63,471 bases of DNA, filler included, from Choristocarpus tenellus KU-1152 (GCA_964200185.2; 8 parts of 8 records of this genome joined end to end with filler, not necessarily neighbours in it); one strand, 5' to 3'; counted from the first letter of the whole stretch, positions 24,801 to 38,000 are shown. Translations and numbers: made by a program. Notes: generated from the sequence alone by a model not told the origin.

Positions 24801-27800
24801 GGAATCCAAAATCTGAAATACGTCCTTGTCGTCTATGGGCATTGGAGTGAGTGACAATCGGAATGCCTGCCTGAACTACCTAGTAGGGACTATGGAAATA
24901 CTCACTAATGTGGCCTTTTTAATTGTATATTTAAGGTTGTCAGTTCCCCTAAGGGAATAGCTTTATTCACAAGGCTTCTTTTCCTTTAAGAAGAAAACAG
25001 TGTGTTTACTAGCCAGTGCAAGACAGTGACTGAATGCTCGTGCACACAACAAAGCAAATATGTAACCACTTTCATAATACTAATCATATAGTATGGGAGA
25101 TCCATCAATGCTTGCATGAGGAATGAACAATTACCTGTTCAAAGGTGGGGTCGATGACTTCTCCGCAGATGGTATCATAGACACTAGTCATCCTGAGGTG
25201 AGCGATCAGGCACCAAGAGATATTTGGATGTGATTTTTCACAAACAGAAGACACCCCTATGCAGAATTTGACTCACGGGAGGTCCAGACAGATGTGTCAG
25301 GGGGACGTCAACAGAACTTGAAAATAGAAAGCTATGCGTGTGAAAGTAGACTGCAATCCCTCAACATGACTGCCCCAAGCCCTTGCCCTGACCCTAACCA
25401 ATAAATCACTATCTATCATGTTTTGTGTTCTCAAGCATCATGAGAACCCTCGCTCTAAATCAAGTTTGCATTCTTGAGGCTTAGATTCAGATAGAGTGGG
25501 GTAGCTCACTGTGCAAAAACTTGCATCTCCCGTTCTGGTTCAGCCCATGTAGCGTCCTCCACCTTGAGCTCAATGTGGGTAGCACCAGCGTGTGCAAGTA
25601 TTTCAACCTGGAAAGGAGGGGAAAGTCAACACTGGGGCCTATTTTGAAGGTTTTTCTGTTCAGTGCAGTGTGATGGAAGAGTGAAAGTATCTTAGACGGT
25701 TTGGGCGTTTGGGGCTTGGCTTCCCACGTTTTTTATGACATTTTCCTACTCCGAAATGTTTGGGGTAGTAGGTAAGATGTATATTTTTTGGAGCAGCTAT
25801 CATGTATATGTCCGGAACAAGGATGTTGGAACTTCCTAAGAAACACGGTAGCCAAAATTACATCAAAATTACATCAAAATTACAACATTGGATTTTGGCC
25901 CTCAAACGGACACGGCTCTAACCTCTAAGATACTTTGACTCGGAAATAAGGGACCCTTAGAACAATGAAAAAAATTAAAGGCAGCATAGGTCCTACCCCA
26001 AGCATATACTCTCACCTCTTGATGTTCTAGGTGCCTGGTGTGGATATTATTGTGAGAGCGCAGGATCTCCATGAGGTGAAAGGTCGCCTGGCCGAGGCAT
26101 ATTGTTCTGGTGGGTGTATTATGAAGTATAGAGAATACTAGAGAGCCAGTACCACATACACCTGGTACCATAATCTCTGGCAATGTGGAAGTTGATTCAT
26201 CCAAAAACAGTTCAATGTTTGTTACAATATGCATACCTGCCTTTTGGTTGTTGGGGAGGAATGGTGCTCTTGCCTTGTACCAGTACCAGTACCAGTACCA
26301 GTACCAGTACCAAAAAATGACAGGAGAAATTGAAAGAGGTGTCAACTCCACTTCTTCTACCAATAGTTTGTTGCAGGTCATCATAGCAACAACTTGAATT
26401 GATCGCAAAGTCAGATGAGTTTCGAACATCAAAAGGACATGATGTGCGGTAGGTGTTTTGATTTTTGTTCACCTTCATCCCATTCAAATGGCCCTCCCTG
26501 CTTAGCTACAACCTCTGATGCTGTTATGGCGGGAAGCTGAAAACGGAAGGACTGCTCAAGCTCGGAGAGACTGGTGTCACAAGCGGAGGAGAGGGGCCCA
26601 AGTGGGAATTTTTTATCAATGAAAAAAGACGTGGGGCATATACTGTTTTAGTCCACACCAGGAATCACCTGCAACTAAATGGGCTCCTGCTATAATTTAG
26701 TTTATTTGGCCATCCTGGTATGCTCAAGCTTACGGCTTATGTAGAACATCCACAAAAAACAAGCATATCTTTCAGTGTTCCAAACTAGAAAATATTACAA
26801 TGCCTTCTCATTCCTGAGCAATATTGAGCAATCAGCCCCTCCATCAACTCCTTGCAGTTGGTCTTGATTGCAACTAGGATGTTTGGCAGATTCGCGTAAA
26901 CATGAAGTTGTGTGTGGTGAAAAAGGAGACTTGATCCGTTGTGAACTGAGATCCAAAGTTATGAGTTGAGTGTGAATGATACTGCAGGGTGCTATAGCTA
27001 CTGCCTTGCCAACCTAGGGCTAAAACTATAACGTCTTTTGCTTGGAGATGGAGTGTGCATGAGACAAGAACCGTTCAGGCACATAACCTTAATCCTCACC
27101 AAGTTAACTCCTGGACAGAGACAACGACGTATGGGTTGCACTTTCCCGAAAGGATTTCCCCCATTGGTAAGGCATTTAAGCGCAAAGACTTCACAATAAG
27201 AATGCGCTTCTGTGCCAACTTCCATTTCTGGAAGCGTCTCTGGAGGTACAGGGAACAACAGGGCCAGATGATGTGATGAAAGTGAGATTTAGGATCGCTG
27301 ACAGAGGAACTGGACAAGTTCAGCCAGGTTGGAGGCTCAACTGAGATGTCCATGTTTAGATTATGTAAATCATCCTCATATGTATGGTGTGCTTCATGTG
27401 GCCCTTTGGATCCCTGGGAAAAGGATTAGACAAAGCCTACCATACTACAGGTTGAACTGAGATGCCCATGTGTTTCCACAATATAGATTGCTAATACGTA
27501 GTGTTGCCCCACACATTTCACACAAACACCAGTACAACCAAAGAAGGCTTATAAAAGAACAAAAGCTTGAATGAAGAGATGGAAATAATGGAGCCCACCA
27601 CTCACATATTCAACATGCATCCTCATAAAAGATTGTATGCGTGTTGCACAATTGATACTTCGCCTCAGCCTGTGAGCCAGAGCAGAGGAGTCATATGCAC
27701 CAAGGACAGTTCCCGGAACATTACGTTAGGAATAGGAATATGAACAAGATTCGAAGAATGTAGAGCTAACGTATTGGTTTTGTTGGCTTGTTCGTGGATG

Positions 27801-28640
27801 GATGGATGGATGGATGGATGGATGGATGGATGGATGTTTTTTTTTCATATACTTAATTTTCATGCGATTTGTACAACTGCATTGCATTACAAAGGAAATT
27901 GGTAAGTGGGTCATATTTTACTTGGATATAGGGCTGAGACTAGGGCTGGAGTCACTCCATCAGTACACATACAACTTTTCATACGTGTCCCACACCCTTA
28001 TCAATCCCACGGCTTGATGTTTGTCTTGAAGAAACCAAGCTACATTCACTTGCTATCTCAATCAAGTCATCTTACAAGTTTTTGAGCAACCTACTGAAAA
28101 ACTTGAACATCCTAATAAGCACAAACAGCAGAGACAAGTATATCAAACCAATATTTCTTCCAGAGACTGCCTACTGCTGCATCACATAAAGGACTGCTTG
28201 AACTATAGGACTCTTTCTTCCTTTTTCTTGAGTGTGACACCTAACTACTGATGACAATTTGGCCTCCTCATCATTGCCAATAGTAGAGCTGTATCTGCAA
28301 TGCTAGTAAAACCCTTTCTGCAGTTGACCAACAAAAAACATGGCTAGTGACTGGAGGGAAGAAAAATTGTGAGTGAACAGCTATGTTATGCTGCAAAAAA
28401 CAGTTGAGCCTTCACGAAGGATATATCATTTCCACATCACACATATATTTCTGTATTACCACATCTGTATATATAAGTTCCCCGAGATACACTCAAACCC
28501 TTAATCAAGATATACTATAAAACATATAATTTTCACATACTTATCATACCTGTTTCTTGTTCCCACCCTGGAGATAAATCTTGTGACACATGAGGCTGCT
28601 TGTTGTTCCCTCTCGGCGCCCATTGCCTTATTCTATTGGA
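21845..28640 (-). CDS. Multi-exon protein with IQ motif, C2-like domain and PH-like domain (ends uncertain)
   Basis: Phase-consistent exons 27669-27606 ([12 protein letters not shown] motif), 27239-27100 ([12 protein letters not shown]2), 26497-26361, 26176-26016 ([15 protein letters not shown]), 25607-25510, 25192-25135 and 23858-23634 ([16 protein letters not shown]). A probable later exon near 21975-21845 encodes [15 protein letters not shown] (PH helix). Confidence 0.7.
23031..23290 (+). mobile_element. MITE family A, copy 4 (intronic)
   Basis: gagaggaagtatcttagaggg ... ccctttaagatgctttgactc; perfect TSD tagt/tagt. Confidence 0.9.
24244..24494 (+). mobile_element. MITE family A, copy 5 (intronic, right end decayed)
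   Basis: gagtaaaagtatcttagag ... ctctaagataatttg; interior collinear with the other copies. Confidence 0.88.
25679..25941 (+). mobile_element. MITE family A, copy 6 (intronic)
   Basis: gagtgaaagtatcttaga ... tctaagatactttgactc; perfect TSD ggaa/ggaa. Confidence 0.9.
26277..26311. repeat. (CCAGTA)n microsatellite, intronic
   Basis: About 5-6 tandem hexamers; explains the WYWYWY/YQYQYQ ORF artefacts. Confidence 0.9.
27796..27835. repeat. (GGAT)n microsatellite
   Basis: About 10 tandem tetramers. Confidence 0.9.
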
Positions 28641-28928
28641 AACAGGGTGCAATGACGTTTAATGTCGTATGTCCCGTACTACATGTATTTTCCACCCGCC
28701 GGTTCTCTTCTCTTCTTTCTTTCTTTTTCTTTTTTTGTTTTCTTCATAGTCCTTGTTGCCGTTTTTTCAACGAGCAGTATTGCCTTCTTTGACTACCTTT
28801 CCAACCACAGGTCTTGGGTCCCTTAGACTAAATTATAATATTGATATTGATAATAATAATAATGGTAATAATAATGGTAATAATAACAATGAAAATAGTA
28901 GTAGTAACTGTAGTAATAGTAATGATGA

Positions 28929-29087
28929 AGCTCAAAGTATCTGGGGGGGGGGGGTNNNNNNNNNNNNNNNNNNNNNNNNNNNNNNNNNNNNNNNNNNNNT
29001 TAATTAATTAANNNNNNNNNNNNNNNNNNNNNNNNNNNNNNNNNNNNNNNNNNNNCCCCCCCCCCCCCCCCCCAGATACTTTGGGTC
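28929..29087. mobile_element. MITE family B-related ends on both sides of the spacer at 28956-29055
   Basis: gctcaaagtatct plus G-run before the spacer; C-run plus agatactttgggtc after it. Confidence 0.8.
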
Positions 29088-29161
29088 GTTTATCATGTAT
29101 AGTAAGGATACTTTCAACACTTCATTTAACCAATCAACATTCTTTACCACTATGGGCATAC

Positions 29162-32100
29162 CTGAATAGTCACCAGCGTCTCCACCTTCGTGCGGTTCAT
29201 CTTGGTACCCAGATCTTGTAGGCACCAGGAGCTCATCTCTTGAAGTACCGAGAGCTGAGCTCTGTTGGTCTCGTTCATGATACTCCTGTTGGATCTGCAT
29301 TTGTCGAGGGCCTCTTGACACTGTGAATCGAACAATCAGATTCAAAAGTCATTTTCGCAGAGAGTAAGGAGCAAGGATGAGTTGACTAAAAAAAACAATG
29401 ATTCTGCAATGTGAGATGCTTGGCTATATAGTCCTGTGCACCTTTCTAGGTTGTTCAAGCACTTGATTCGTGCCAGACTGTTTGCATGGGGTGGTCCTCT
29501 CGATGTTTGAGCAAGTGCCTCTTGTTCATGGTCCCACATGTCCTGCATACCACTGTAGCTCTTCTCTTGCCATGACAGACCTTACAGATCTAATTAATAT
29601 GTAAAGTATATATCCTTGCACATGTCATCATCAGCCTTTCAACTTGCCTGTGCGGTCCAGCTGAACTGAAGACCAAGGAGGGAAAATTGACCACAGCTCA
29701 TATCTACGAAATTGCGCAGTGGGAGTGTTGAGCACTGTACTGCTGCCAGCTCTGCGAGACCCTTGAGCGAAACCTTGGATTTGTCATGAAAAGGATCACA
29801 GGTTAATTTGAAAACTCTTCAAAGGATTGGCATAATCGGAATACTATCTCTTATGCACGAAGTTATATTTTCTACAACTACTTGGTTGAAATGTTTCAGT
29901 TCTTTTCCTAACTTGAACTTGAAACCCTACAAAGTAGGGTGAATGAATTGCAGCAGGAGAGTGCACCGACGTAATGGTGCATTGTTTTAATTTTCAGAAT
30001 AGTTAGAGAACGACAACAAAAAGACAAGAAGCTCACCAGTTGCTGGATCTAAGAATGTGTACCTGTGGTATTGGTACTATAAAAAAGCCCCCCACCCTTG
30101 TATGGGAAAGGTTCACAGTGTAGAAAGGTGTACAGGGGTGTAGAGGTGTGCAGGAAAATGAGCATGGACCGTATCTGTACCTGCATGGCCTTCTCCAGGG
30201 CTCCTAGCCAATCTTCGATGTTCCCAGTCGCCTTCACCTCCCGATGTAGGCGGATGTTCTCCTCATGAACCCCTGCCATGCTGCAAATGGTGGTTATCTT
30301 TGTCTTCTCTCTAGACAGATAGCAATGACAGGGGACATGGGAGCCAAGAGTGTGTGAATTGGTCCCTAGAAGATGATGAAGTGTGGGGAAGTGTAGGCGA
30401 ATGTTTACCTGTTAAATATTTTAAACGTTTTTCTACAGGTACCTACCTCTATTCTTAAATTCAGCTACAGTCCATTACCATCGCAAATTTCCTTTCAATT
30501 ATTTTTTCCTTTCTATTGTTGAGAGAAACCTCTCATCAAGTGCAACTAAAAGAGAAACGATGTGATGAATATGGCCATTTTAGTCGGTGGGCCTCTGACT
30601 ACTTCGGAAACTTCCAGACTCTATGAATTGAAAACATGCAGTCAGTTGAGTGGTGTGGCGTTTTTATTCTTTTCTGCAAATTGGGTAAGTAATTCCACGG
30701 ATATCAACAACAGTATCTTTGATAGCCTTACTTTATTGCTTGACTAAACTGAAACCCTATCTAATACATTGTGATTGAGGCAAGTTCCTCCCTTTCCTCA
30801 CATTAAAAAAAATAACCACTCACTTCTTGTCATGAACAACCTTGCTGATGCTGTCGAAAACCTTCTCGTAGTAGGGTTGCATCTGAGTTGGGTCTGAACC
30901 CTGACTGAGAATAAGGAGAAGGACCGGATTGGACACGAAATAAAACCGGGGAAACTTTGACCTCTTTTGCTCCAGGTATCTAAAAGTGTTCCGAGGATTG
31001 AGAGACGAGGGAAGAAAAGATTAGGTAAGCCCTCGACTATTGGGGCTTGGCACAACAGATGTGGATTGGCACAGCGATCGTATTTCTGCCGTGTGGGGAC
31101 ACTACATGACATTTGATGGGTTAAAGCGGCTTCTCCTTTTGTTGCTGCTTACCCCTCAAGACTTTTTTGGCATTTTTCAAGCTCCGCAAAGAGTACTGAC
31201 AGCGTGCTGCACAGTGCCTCGTTGGAGCAGCAGGCAACAGTGTTTCTTGTCTCTTCACCTGTGCAGGTGGATGGGTTATTGATGCGATTTAGCAATGACT
31301 GCAATAACAGGAGGTTACTGCATTATTGTAATTATATTTCCAGCAGTGTCAGCAATGTTAATGTTTGAAGTGGATGCAATTTTTTTCTTCATTTTCCAGA
31401 GACTTTGAAGGTTTGTTGATGTAACTTGGCCTTGACCCAATAGGATGGGCATCAAAATACCGGCTCCTTTATTTGCCTATGGTTGAAGCAATGTCAATTG
31501 CATCTCAGTTTCCTTGAGCTCATGTGATGCTTCGAACCTCCCAAGAACATCAGATGTTTTCTATTTCAGATTTTCATATTGAGCCCCAGAACTCAGAAGG
31601 CTCAAAAATTCTAATCTAACTTCTATCATTTACCCTTTGCCATGATCTTTGCCCACTCCTTGTCGATCTTAACGAATTTCTTAGCCTCAAGGGGCATCTG
31701 TTTTGCTATGTCTCCCCCCATGAAGACTGACTCCAAGGATGTCCATAACAGTTGCACCTTTACCCACAGTTCCAGGACGTCTGTTGTGTTGCTGAGCTCG
31801 CTTAGCTTGGCCTGTAGAGGAGTGCCAACAACCCAGAGTAAGTTGCATACAGCAGAGATTGGGCCGTTGATGAAGCATGATCGATGAGCAGTCCTTGTAG
31901 AATCTAAAATATTATGTTTGGTGATCAACGGTTTTTTGGGGACAAGAGGGAATGACAACAGAATTCTCCTTAGCGAGGTGTTCTTCCAATAGGCTAGGGC
32001 AATATCTTTGACCCTCTACTAGACTAGATGAAGGCCTACTCTGGACAGGGTTAGCAATGGCCCAGAATGTCCTTCTTGCCTGAACACTGTCCTTGAAAGG

Positions 32101-33899
32101 AGACACATGGCGCATGGACAGTAGAGTCTGTAGCTGAAGCTGAGCCTCCTCAAGTTCTTCAATGGTGCCTCCATAGGCCTATTGCCAGTTGTGTTACGCA
32201 AAATGAAACGGCCGGGCAATGATTTGAAACGGAAATCATGCACCTGGAATGCTTTGACTACACATTGTACAACTCGGTTGAGTGGGGCAGCTACTATGTA
32301 GTAGAAAAGCGTTCTGATACAGGGGCAACAGCTAATGACAAAGGTTCCGCAGCGTTCGTGCTTGAATCCAAAACACGAGTTACACATGCATACTGCATGT
32401 GGTTGACACACCATGGCACAACCAATCATGCACTGAAATTGCTGACGAAATCAAGGAAATTCCGCTAATCAATTCCAGTTCTTTTTCTCACCCTTAGCAC
32501 TGACACACCCCTGTTCTTCCAAGGCACGAAGTCAAGGGAAGTTGTATCCCATTGGTCCTTAATGTCGCTAAGTTTCTCCTCAATGGAGAGCTGCTTATCT
32601 GCACCTTCGCATATCTGATTTAAGACGCATGGACAAGGTAACAAAATTAACCTCTTGTGTGGGATACGGATTCTGCTGACAGTTTGAAAATATGTGGAAT
32701 ATACCCTCCTCTCTGGGATGTGTATGTTTTGTCCTAAATTGATCTTTTTTGTAATGATTCTAATTGCGGAACCTTTCGATCTCTTGAAAAAAGGTAGTAA
32801 AAGAATATAGAACAGGACACTGCTGAACAGGAGGACCATGTTGCGTAACTGTAATTTCTGGGTGTTCTGGCACAATCTTCATTGACCAGAACTGATCCAA
32901 ATTGTATTTTGTCACGTTGAACAGTATTGTACTAGATAAATCAGTACATCTTTCTACAATTTTCCTCTACACTCTGCATTTTAAGGGCACTCCATTGCAT
33001 GGGCATCAAACTTTTAAATGGATCTTGACCTCCTCAACATCTTCCTTGAAGTCCAATATTGGACTGTCCAGGATATTCGCGAGCTTGAAACCCTCCCGTT
33101 CAAACGGGAATTGGGTCTTAGTGATGAGGATGACCTCGTGCCAGTGCCTGGGCTTGATGCTAGCCTTGTGGAGGTTCTGTATGAGAGGAAGCACGTCCTG
33201 GAAGTCGGAGATCTTCTTCCAAATGACCTGTATGCAGTGGAATTGTTCTAGATCAGACAGGGAAATAAAGTAGAGCTGTACAGGGAATAGATGAAAATAA
33301 TGCTTTGACAAAGCTTGTAGTGTTCTTATTATTAAAAGCATGATGACTCTCTGTTTAGGGGAAAAAAACACTTTGCGACCGACATATAAAATTATCTTTC
33401 AGATTTTCCGATGCATGAACAAAATCTTGACATAGTATGTATATATATATATGACTGTTAGGTTGGATATACATACAAACAAAACAAAAGCTGACGACAC
33501 GAAATAAACATCCACACGCACAACTAAAAATTCGCTTGAATGACCAACATGATAGGTGGGTGAATTCATATAGAGGCTAGCACATTATTGGAGATGGTCT
33601 TGCCTGGAATGACTCTCTTCCCCGAAGCTTCTTCGGCATTTTCTTACATCGAGTATCAAATGAGGCTATCATATCCACCATTGACTCTAGTTCCTCCTCC
33701 ACTCCACTCCACAAGATGTCCGAGTACCTTTCATACACAAAGGGGACATTGTTGATAGCAAGATATTCAGGTTGGCAATGCCTGGGACTAAGGGTGATGT
33801 TTTTATCCCAAATGTGATACTGCCCGAAAATAGCATCCCTCGCCTCACAACTTTGTGAATCCATCATTGATTGAGCTGCAAAAGAAATCTCCAAGTATA

Positions 33900-33930
<31 letters not shown>

Positions 33931-34657
33931 TTCTTTCCCCATTGCATGTTTGGGGCAATGAACATTTCAAATGTGCCGAGTGAAGAAGGTATAGCAGAAC
34001 ACTTACTCGAAGCAGTTCACTTCAAGGTCTCACTTGAGAAACCCACCTCTCAAGCGTGTCAACAACATCCATATATAACGTGTACAGCTGCTCCAAGAGG
34101 CCGACCTCTTTCTTGGTCTTGCTAAGCTCGGGGTGTTGTGTTGATCGGAGAGCAAACAGCTCTTCACCATCAGCATATATCTCGGACTGAAAAAAGAAAA
34201 ATGGAGAGGAGGACAGTAGAGTCTCTTGCCAGCAGAACTCCTTGATTATCATGCATTGCTAATCTCTCAAATGTTCTTGATGTGCCTAGCTTTGCAAGTA
34301 AGGTGTCCAATCGACTCCCTAGAGCTACTTAGAGTTGAATGGAAGCTCAAGGGCATGTTCAGATAGGTTACTGATGAAGCCTATGGGAATGATACTCTTC
34401 TTCATTATCATTGCAGTTTTTTTTGCAAAGCTGTCCCTTTGAAATAAATCCTTAGGTTCATTCTTGTTCAGCAGACTAGTAATGAAAAGGGAAATACTAC
34501 ATTCGTTTGAGCATTGATTTGCCTTTCTTTCAAGGACTTGTAGTTCCTCTTTAAAGCGTCGCAGACGTTCCACCCCCTCAAGGGGCGAGATCCCCTCCAC
34601 CATAGGACCAGATGTCTCCCACTCGGTTCGGAAATTCTTGAAGTCTTCCTTGAGCTC
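29162..34657 (-). CDS. Axonemal dynein heavy chain, outer-arm gamma (DNAH5/8-like); internal fragment (tail end and linker), 12 exons, 558 aa
   Basis: Exons 34657-34523, 34186-34047, 33727-33604, 33227-33030, 32614-32492, 32178-32080, 31811-31634, 31258-31153, 30979-30824, 30310-30181, 29773-29648 and 29320-29162 total 1674 nt in frame. Motifs GPMVEGISP, GEELF, IKPRHW, WVKVQLLWTSLESVFMGGDIAKQMPLEAKKF, CQKSLEGYLEQKRSKFPRFYFVS, GNIEDWL and KVETLVTIQ. Confidence 0.95.
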
Positions 34658-34745
34658 CTGGAAGTGCACAGCAAGTTGTAGTTTTCATGTTAGTATTATT
34701 TGGGAACAGCAAAGTATCAACTTGTGCTTTTAACCAAAGACCTAT

Positions 34746-34934
34746 GGGTCAAAACATCTTGGAGGGGGGTGTCGGCGTCCGTTTTTCACCCTTTTTTCGA
34801 TTTCACTTTTTTGGTGTNNNNNNNNNNNNNNNNNNNNNNNNNNNNNNNNNNNNNNNNNNNNTTAATTAATTAANNNNNNNNNNNNNNNNNNNNNNNNNNN
34901 NNNNNNNNNNNNNNNNNCCCAGATACTTTGACCC
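34746..34934. mobile_element. MITE family B ends on both sides of the spacer at 34818-34917
   Basis: 34746-34817 is the reverse complement of the right part of the 13216-13395 copy; 34918-34934 is cccagatactttgaccc. Confidence 0.85.
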
Positions 34935-35099
34935 CAGGGAGCAAATCAATGTGCTGCACTTTGTACTACGAATGTATGAAGAAACGTTTTTTGAAGTTTG
35001 GTCCTGGCCTGGATGGATAGGTCGATACTTGAGATCAAGATAGTGCTTAGCATTTGGTAAGACAGACGTAAACAAGATCAAGCCCGAGGCCTACCTCCT

Positions 35100-38000
35100 G
35101 ACTTTCCCCTAACATCGACCTTGGTGGTGCATAGGTGCATGGTGGCATTTTGCTGCACACAGGACATGAGTAGTGTGGATGGCACCACATCCTTCGAGAA
35201 AGATGAAGATAGTACTGTGGCTCACATGTGTTCCACCATCAATTCCAAGGCCAAGGAGAAAGGTGTGTCAACCAGCCCTCTTCTCTGTGTGATGCTAAAC
35301 ACAGAGTGTTCCCATATGAAAATAGCTAGTGTGAAGGCGCTACATAATAAAGTATTGTACATAGGTCATCCAGTGGGTGGTGATAGTGATTCAAGATGAT
35401 AGAGTCACGGCAGCCCACCACCCACCTGCGATTTCACTGGCCCTACTAGAAAGTCCTGATGTCACACCTTGTCACTGACTCCTTTCACGTTTTGGGGGGG
35501 GATAGTATGGGATGAACTCTTGGATCAACCCCTCTTCTTTGTTGTATCTGTTTTGTGCAATGTCTTGTGTGTGTTGCTGTAGCATTGGAAGGACTTCAAT
35601 GAAGCGTTTGGCTGGATGATTGCCTTGAATAATGCCTTGCATAGTAATAGCAAAAAATGACTTGAACTTATTCGAGTGCTGATGAATGCACAGGGTGGAG
35701 AGTTTTTGGTCTTTTCCTTGAAGTAGCCCCCCTGCGGTGTAACATGAGGGGTTCCCCACGATGTTGGTTCCCCACGATGTTGAAGGTATAGGAAAGCATA
35801 TAGTGCTAGTAGTGTTGATATTGTTGCTGGTCATCTCCTCCAGACTGTTCTCATCGTGTGTCTTGAAAGAAGAGGAAAACATGTAGCCCTTGCCTCTGAT
35901 TCTGGTCAAAACTACAGAGCATTCTTATGATGTGGGAAACCTTGTGCTTGTTGAATGTACAGGATTGACCATGATTCTGCCAGCATCCGAGAGAGAGGCC
36001 ATGGAGGCTATGGAGGGTGGACTGAGAAAACGCAAGAGCAAGCAGCCCTTACTTGAAGGGGTTCGTGGCCAATGGAACAACTTTAGCATTAGGTGAGATT
36101 TTTTTGAATGAATCATGCTTCCAAACTACTGACTATGATTGCTTGGTGGGTAATAGTAATTGTTGTTGCTCTGTACCTAGTGGTGAATACCTATCCTTTA
36201 TGCACAAGTCAGAGGAGAGGTTCAGTTGTAACTGCTATTGTGTTTGCTTTTTAGTTGGGGTCAGGGTTAGGGTTTTGGTTTTGATGTGTGATACGCCGAT
36301 TCCTCCTCCCCCATCCTACAGGTCTGACATTCACACTTTTGTAGGTGAAAGAACTAGTGGTGGGATATCAATTCATGAAGACATGTATAGTATTCATAAG
36401 AGTTAAAGGCGGTTTGTACTTCCTGCTGTTGGATGTTTAATTGAAAACAAGCATTGAGATGTAGACAAAATGATGTAGCTGTTTCATTGTCTTTTAGCTA
36501 AGGAATAGACTGGGAAGGGCTGGAGTTTGCCGTTAAACAAGCATCCAGACATTGTTGCACAAGCTCATCACACAGGTGTCTCTTGCTCCCCAATATTTGC
36601 CAAATCTCCTTATTAGGCTCTATCCATCCATCCCACCCACCACATGTTCATTTGGTGGCTCTTTGGGGGAAGGGGTGTAATTTATCTTGTTTTTCTAAAC
36701 ACACCTTGAGTTGACTTACCTTGAGGATCCATTTCTTCTCCTTTTATATTAGACCTTTCATGCAATCAGTTGTTTCTCCTACTTGATTCCGGTTATCCCT
36801 TCACTCTGTTAGTACCTTGTCAAAAATTGGTTGAAACGTTTTAACAGAAGGTACCACCTCTAATTCTTCAGTGCAAAGGTTCTTCAAAAACTAGTATATC
36901 CTGTATGTTTCCTTAGCACATCCTTTGGTGTGCTGACACCAGTTTCAGCTTGAGGCAAAACCTTAAGTTAACTCTACATACATACATTAGGATTGAAGGT
37001 TGCCTAGCTGTGTATGTGACTACCAGGTACTTTGAGGTTTACTCCTCTGTCTCTGTACAGGACAGTGCTTGGGATCTAACCCATGTAGGAAAGAGGGTAT
37101 TAAAATACAATTATATTTCTCCTGTTGCATGTGAGACCACTTCACGCCACAACTGTAACTCAGCTGCAAGTCTCTCTCCATTGTCAATTGGCAGGAAAGA
37201 AAAGCGCAAGAGGGGCAATCGTGCTTCTGCAAGTAGCATTTGAGGAGTGACGTGACGTGGGACTCAATGTTGGAACCATTGATAGCAAAATGGACCAGGA
37301 CCTGCATGCATTTATTTGAGAGCACGAAACATCTTATGGTCGTCACAACTCTACTTCTCAGCAATAGTTCTTTTTAGAAATGAATTAAGTTCAACATTGA
37401 TTTGGAGGTTGGTCAGCAGTCTATTTGGAAAGCTTCTGGTGCCACCTTGCACAGTCACCATGCAAGTATCCCTGACTTGATCTGTAATGTGTCTAAAGCT
37501 TTAACGGAATGAAATTGTTCCTACTTCTTCACACAGGTGATAATGTTATCTTCCAGAAAAAGAGATGCGTTGCCAACATATTTGATTTTCAAATGAATCC
37601 ATTGTTTCTAAAACATTGTAAAAGGGTCTTGGACAAAGTTGAGTCTTGTAAGGTCACATTGGTGTTCATTACTTTTTTACTATTAAGGTCAAAAAGACTT
37701 GTGTTGAAGTGAGAGCTTTGGGCACTGATCAATCAATATTCATCACTACTATTTGGTGTGAAAATGACAAAATTTATCTGGAATTGTATCTTCGAGTTAA
37801 CCTTATCCTGACTAGAAATAGATCCCATGCCTGTTCATTCAGTTTGAAAGTTACAGTTTTCTTGTCAGAGTTTTGGTCAATAGTTCGGTGGCAGGGAGGG
37901 ATTTGCCTAATCTCGAATATCTAGGTTTCTGAAGGCTAACAAGGCTGTCTTGGAACATTAACTTGAACCATGTGATATAATATTGAGTACACGAAACTTG

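Noticed and set aside
25902-26432. WYWYWYWY-containing 176-aa ORF
   Set aside because: It is read-through of an intronic (CCAGTA)n repeat and a MITE end; only 26176-26016 is exonic in that frame.
29321-34522. GC-AG introns as an Introner family
   Set aside because: The four introns share no visible similarity beyond GCAA and have no TIRs.
34746-34934. One MITE spanning the spacer, which would imply true contig adjacency
   Set aside because: The flanks (ctat versus cagg) do not form a TSD; the same holds at 28929-29087.
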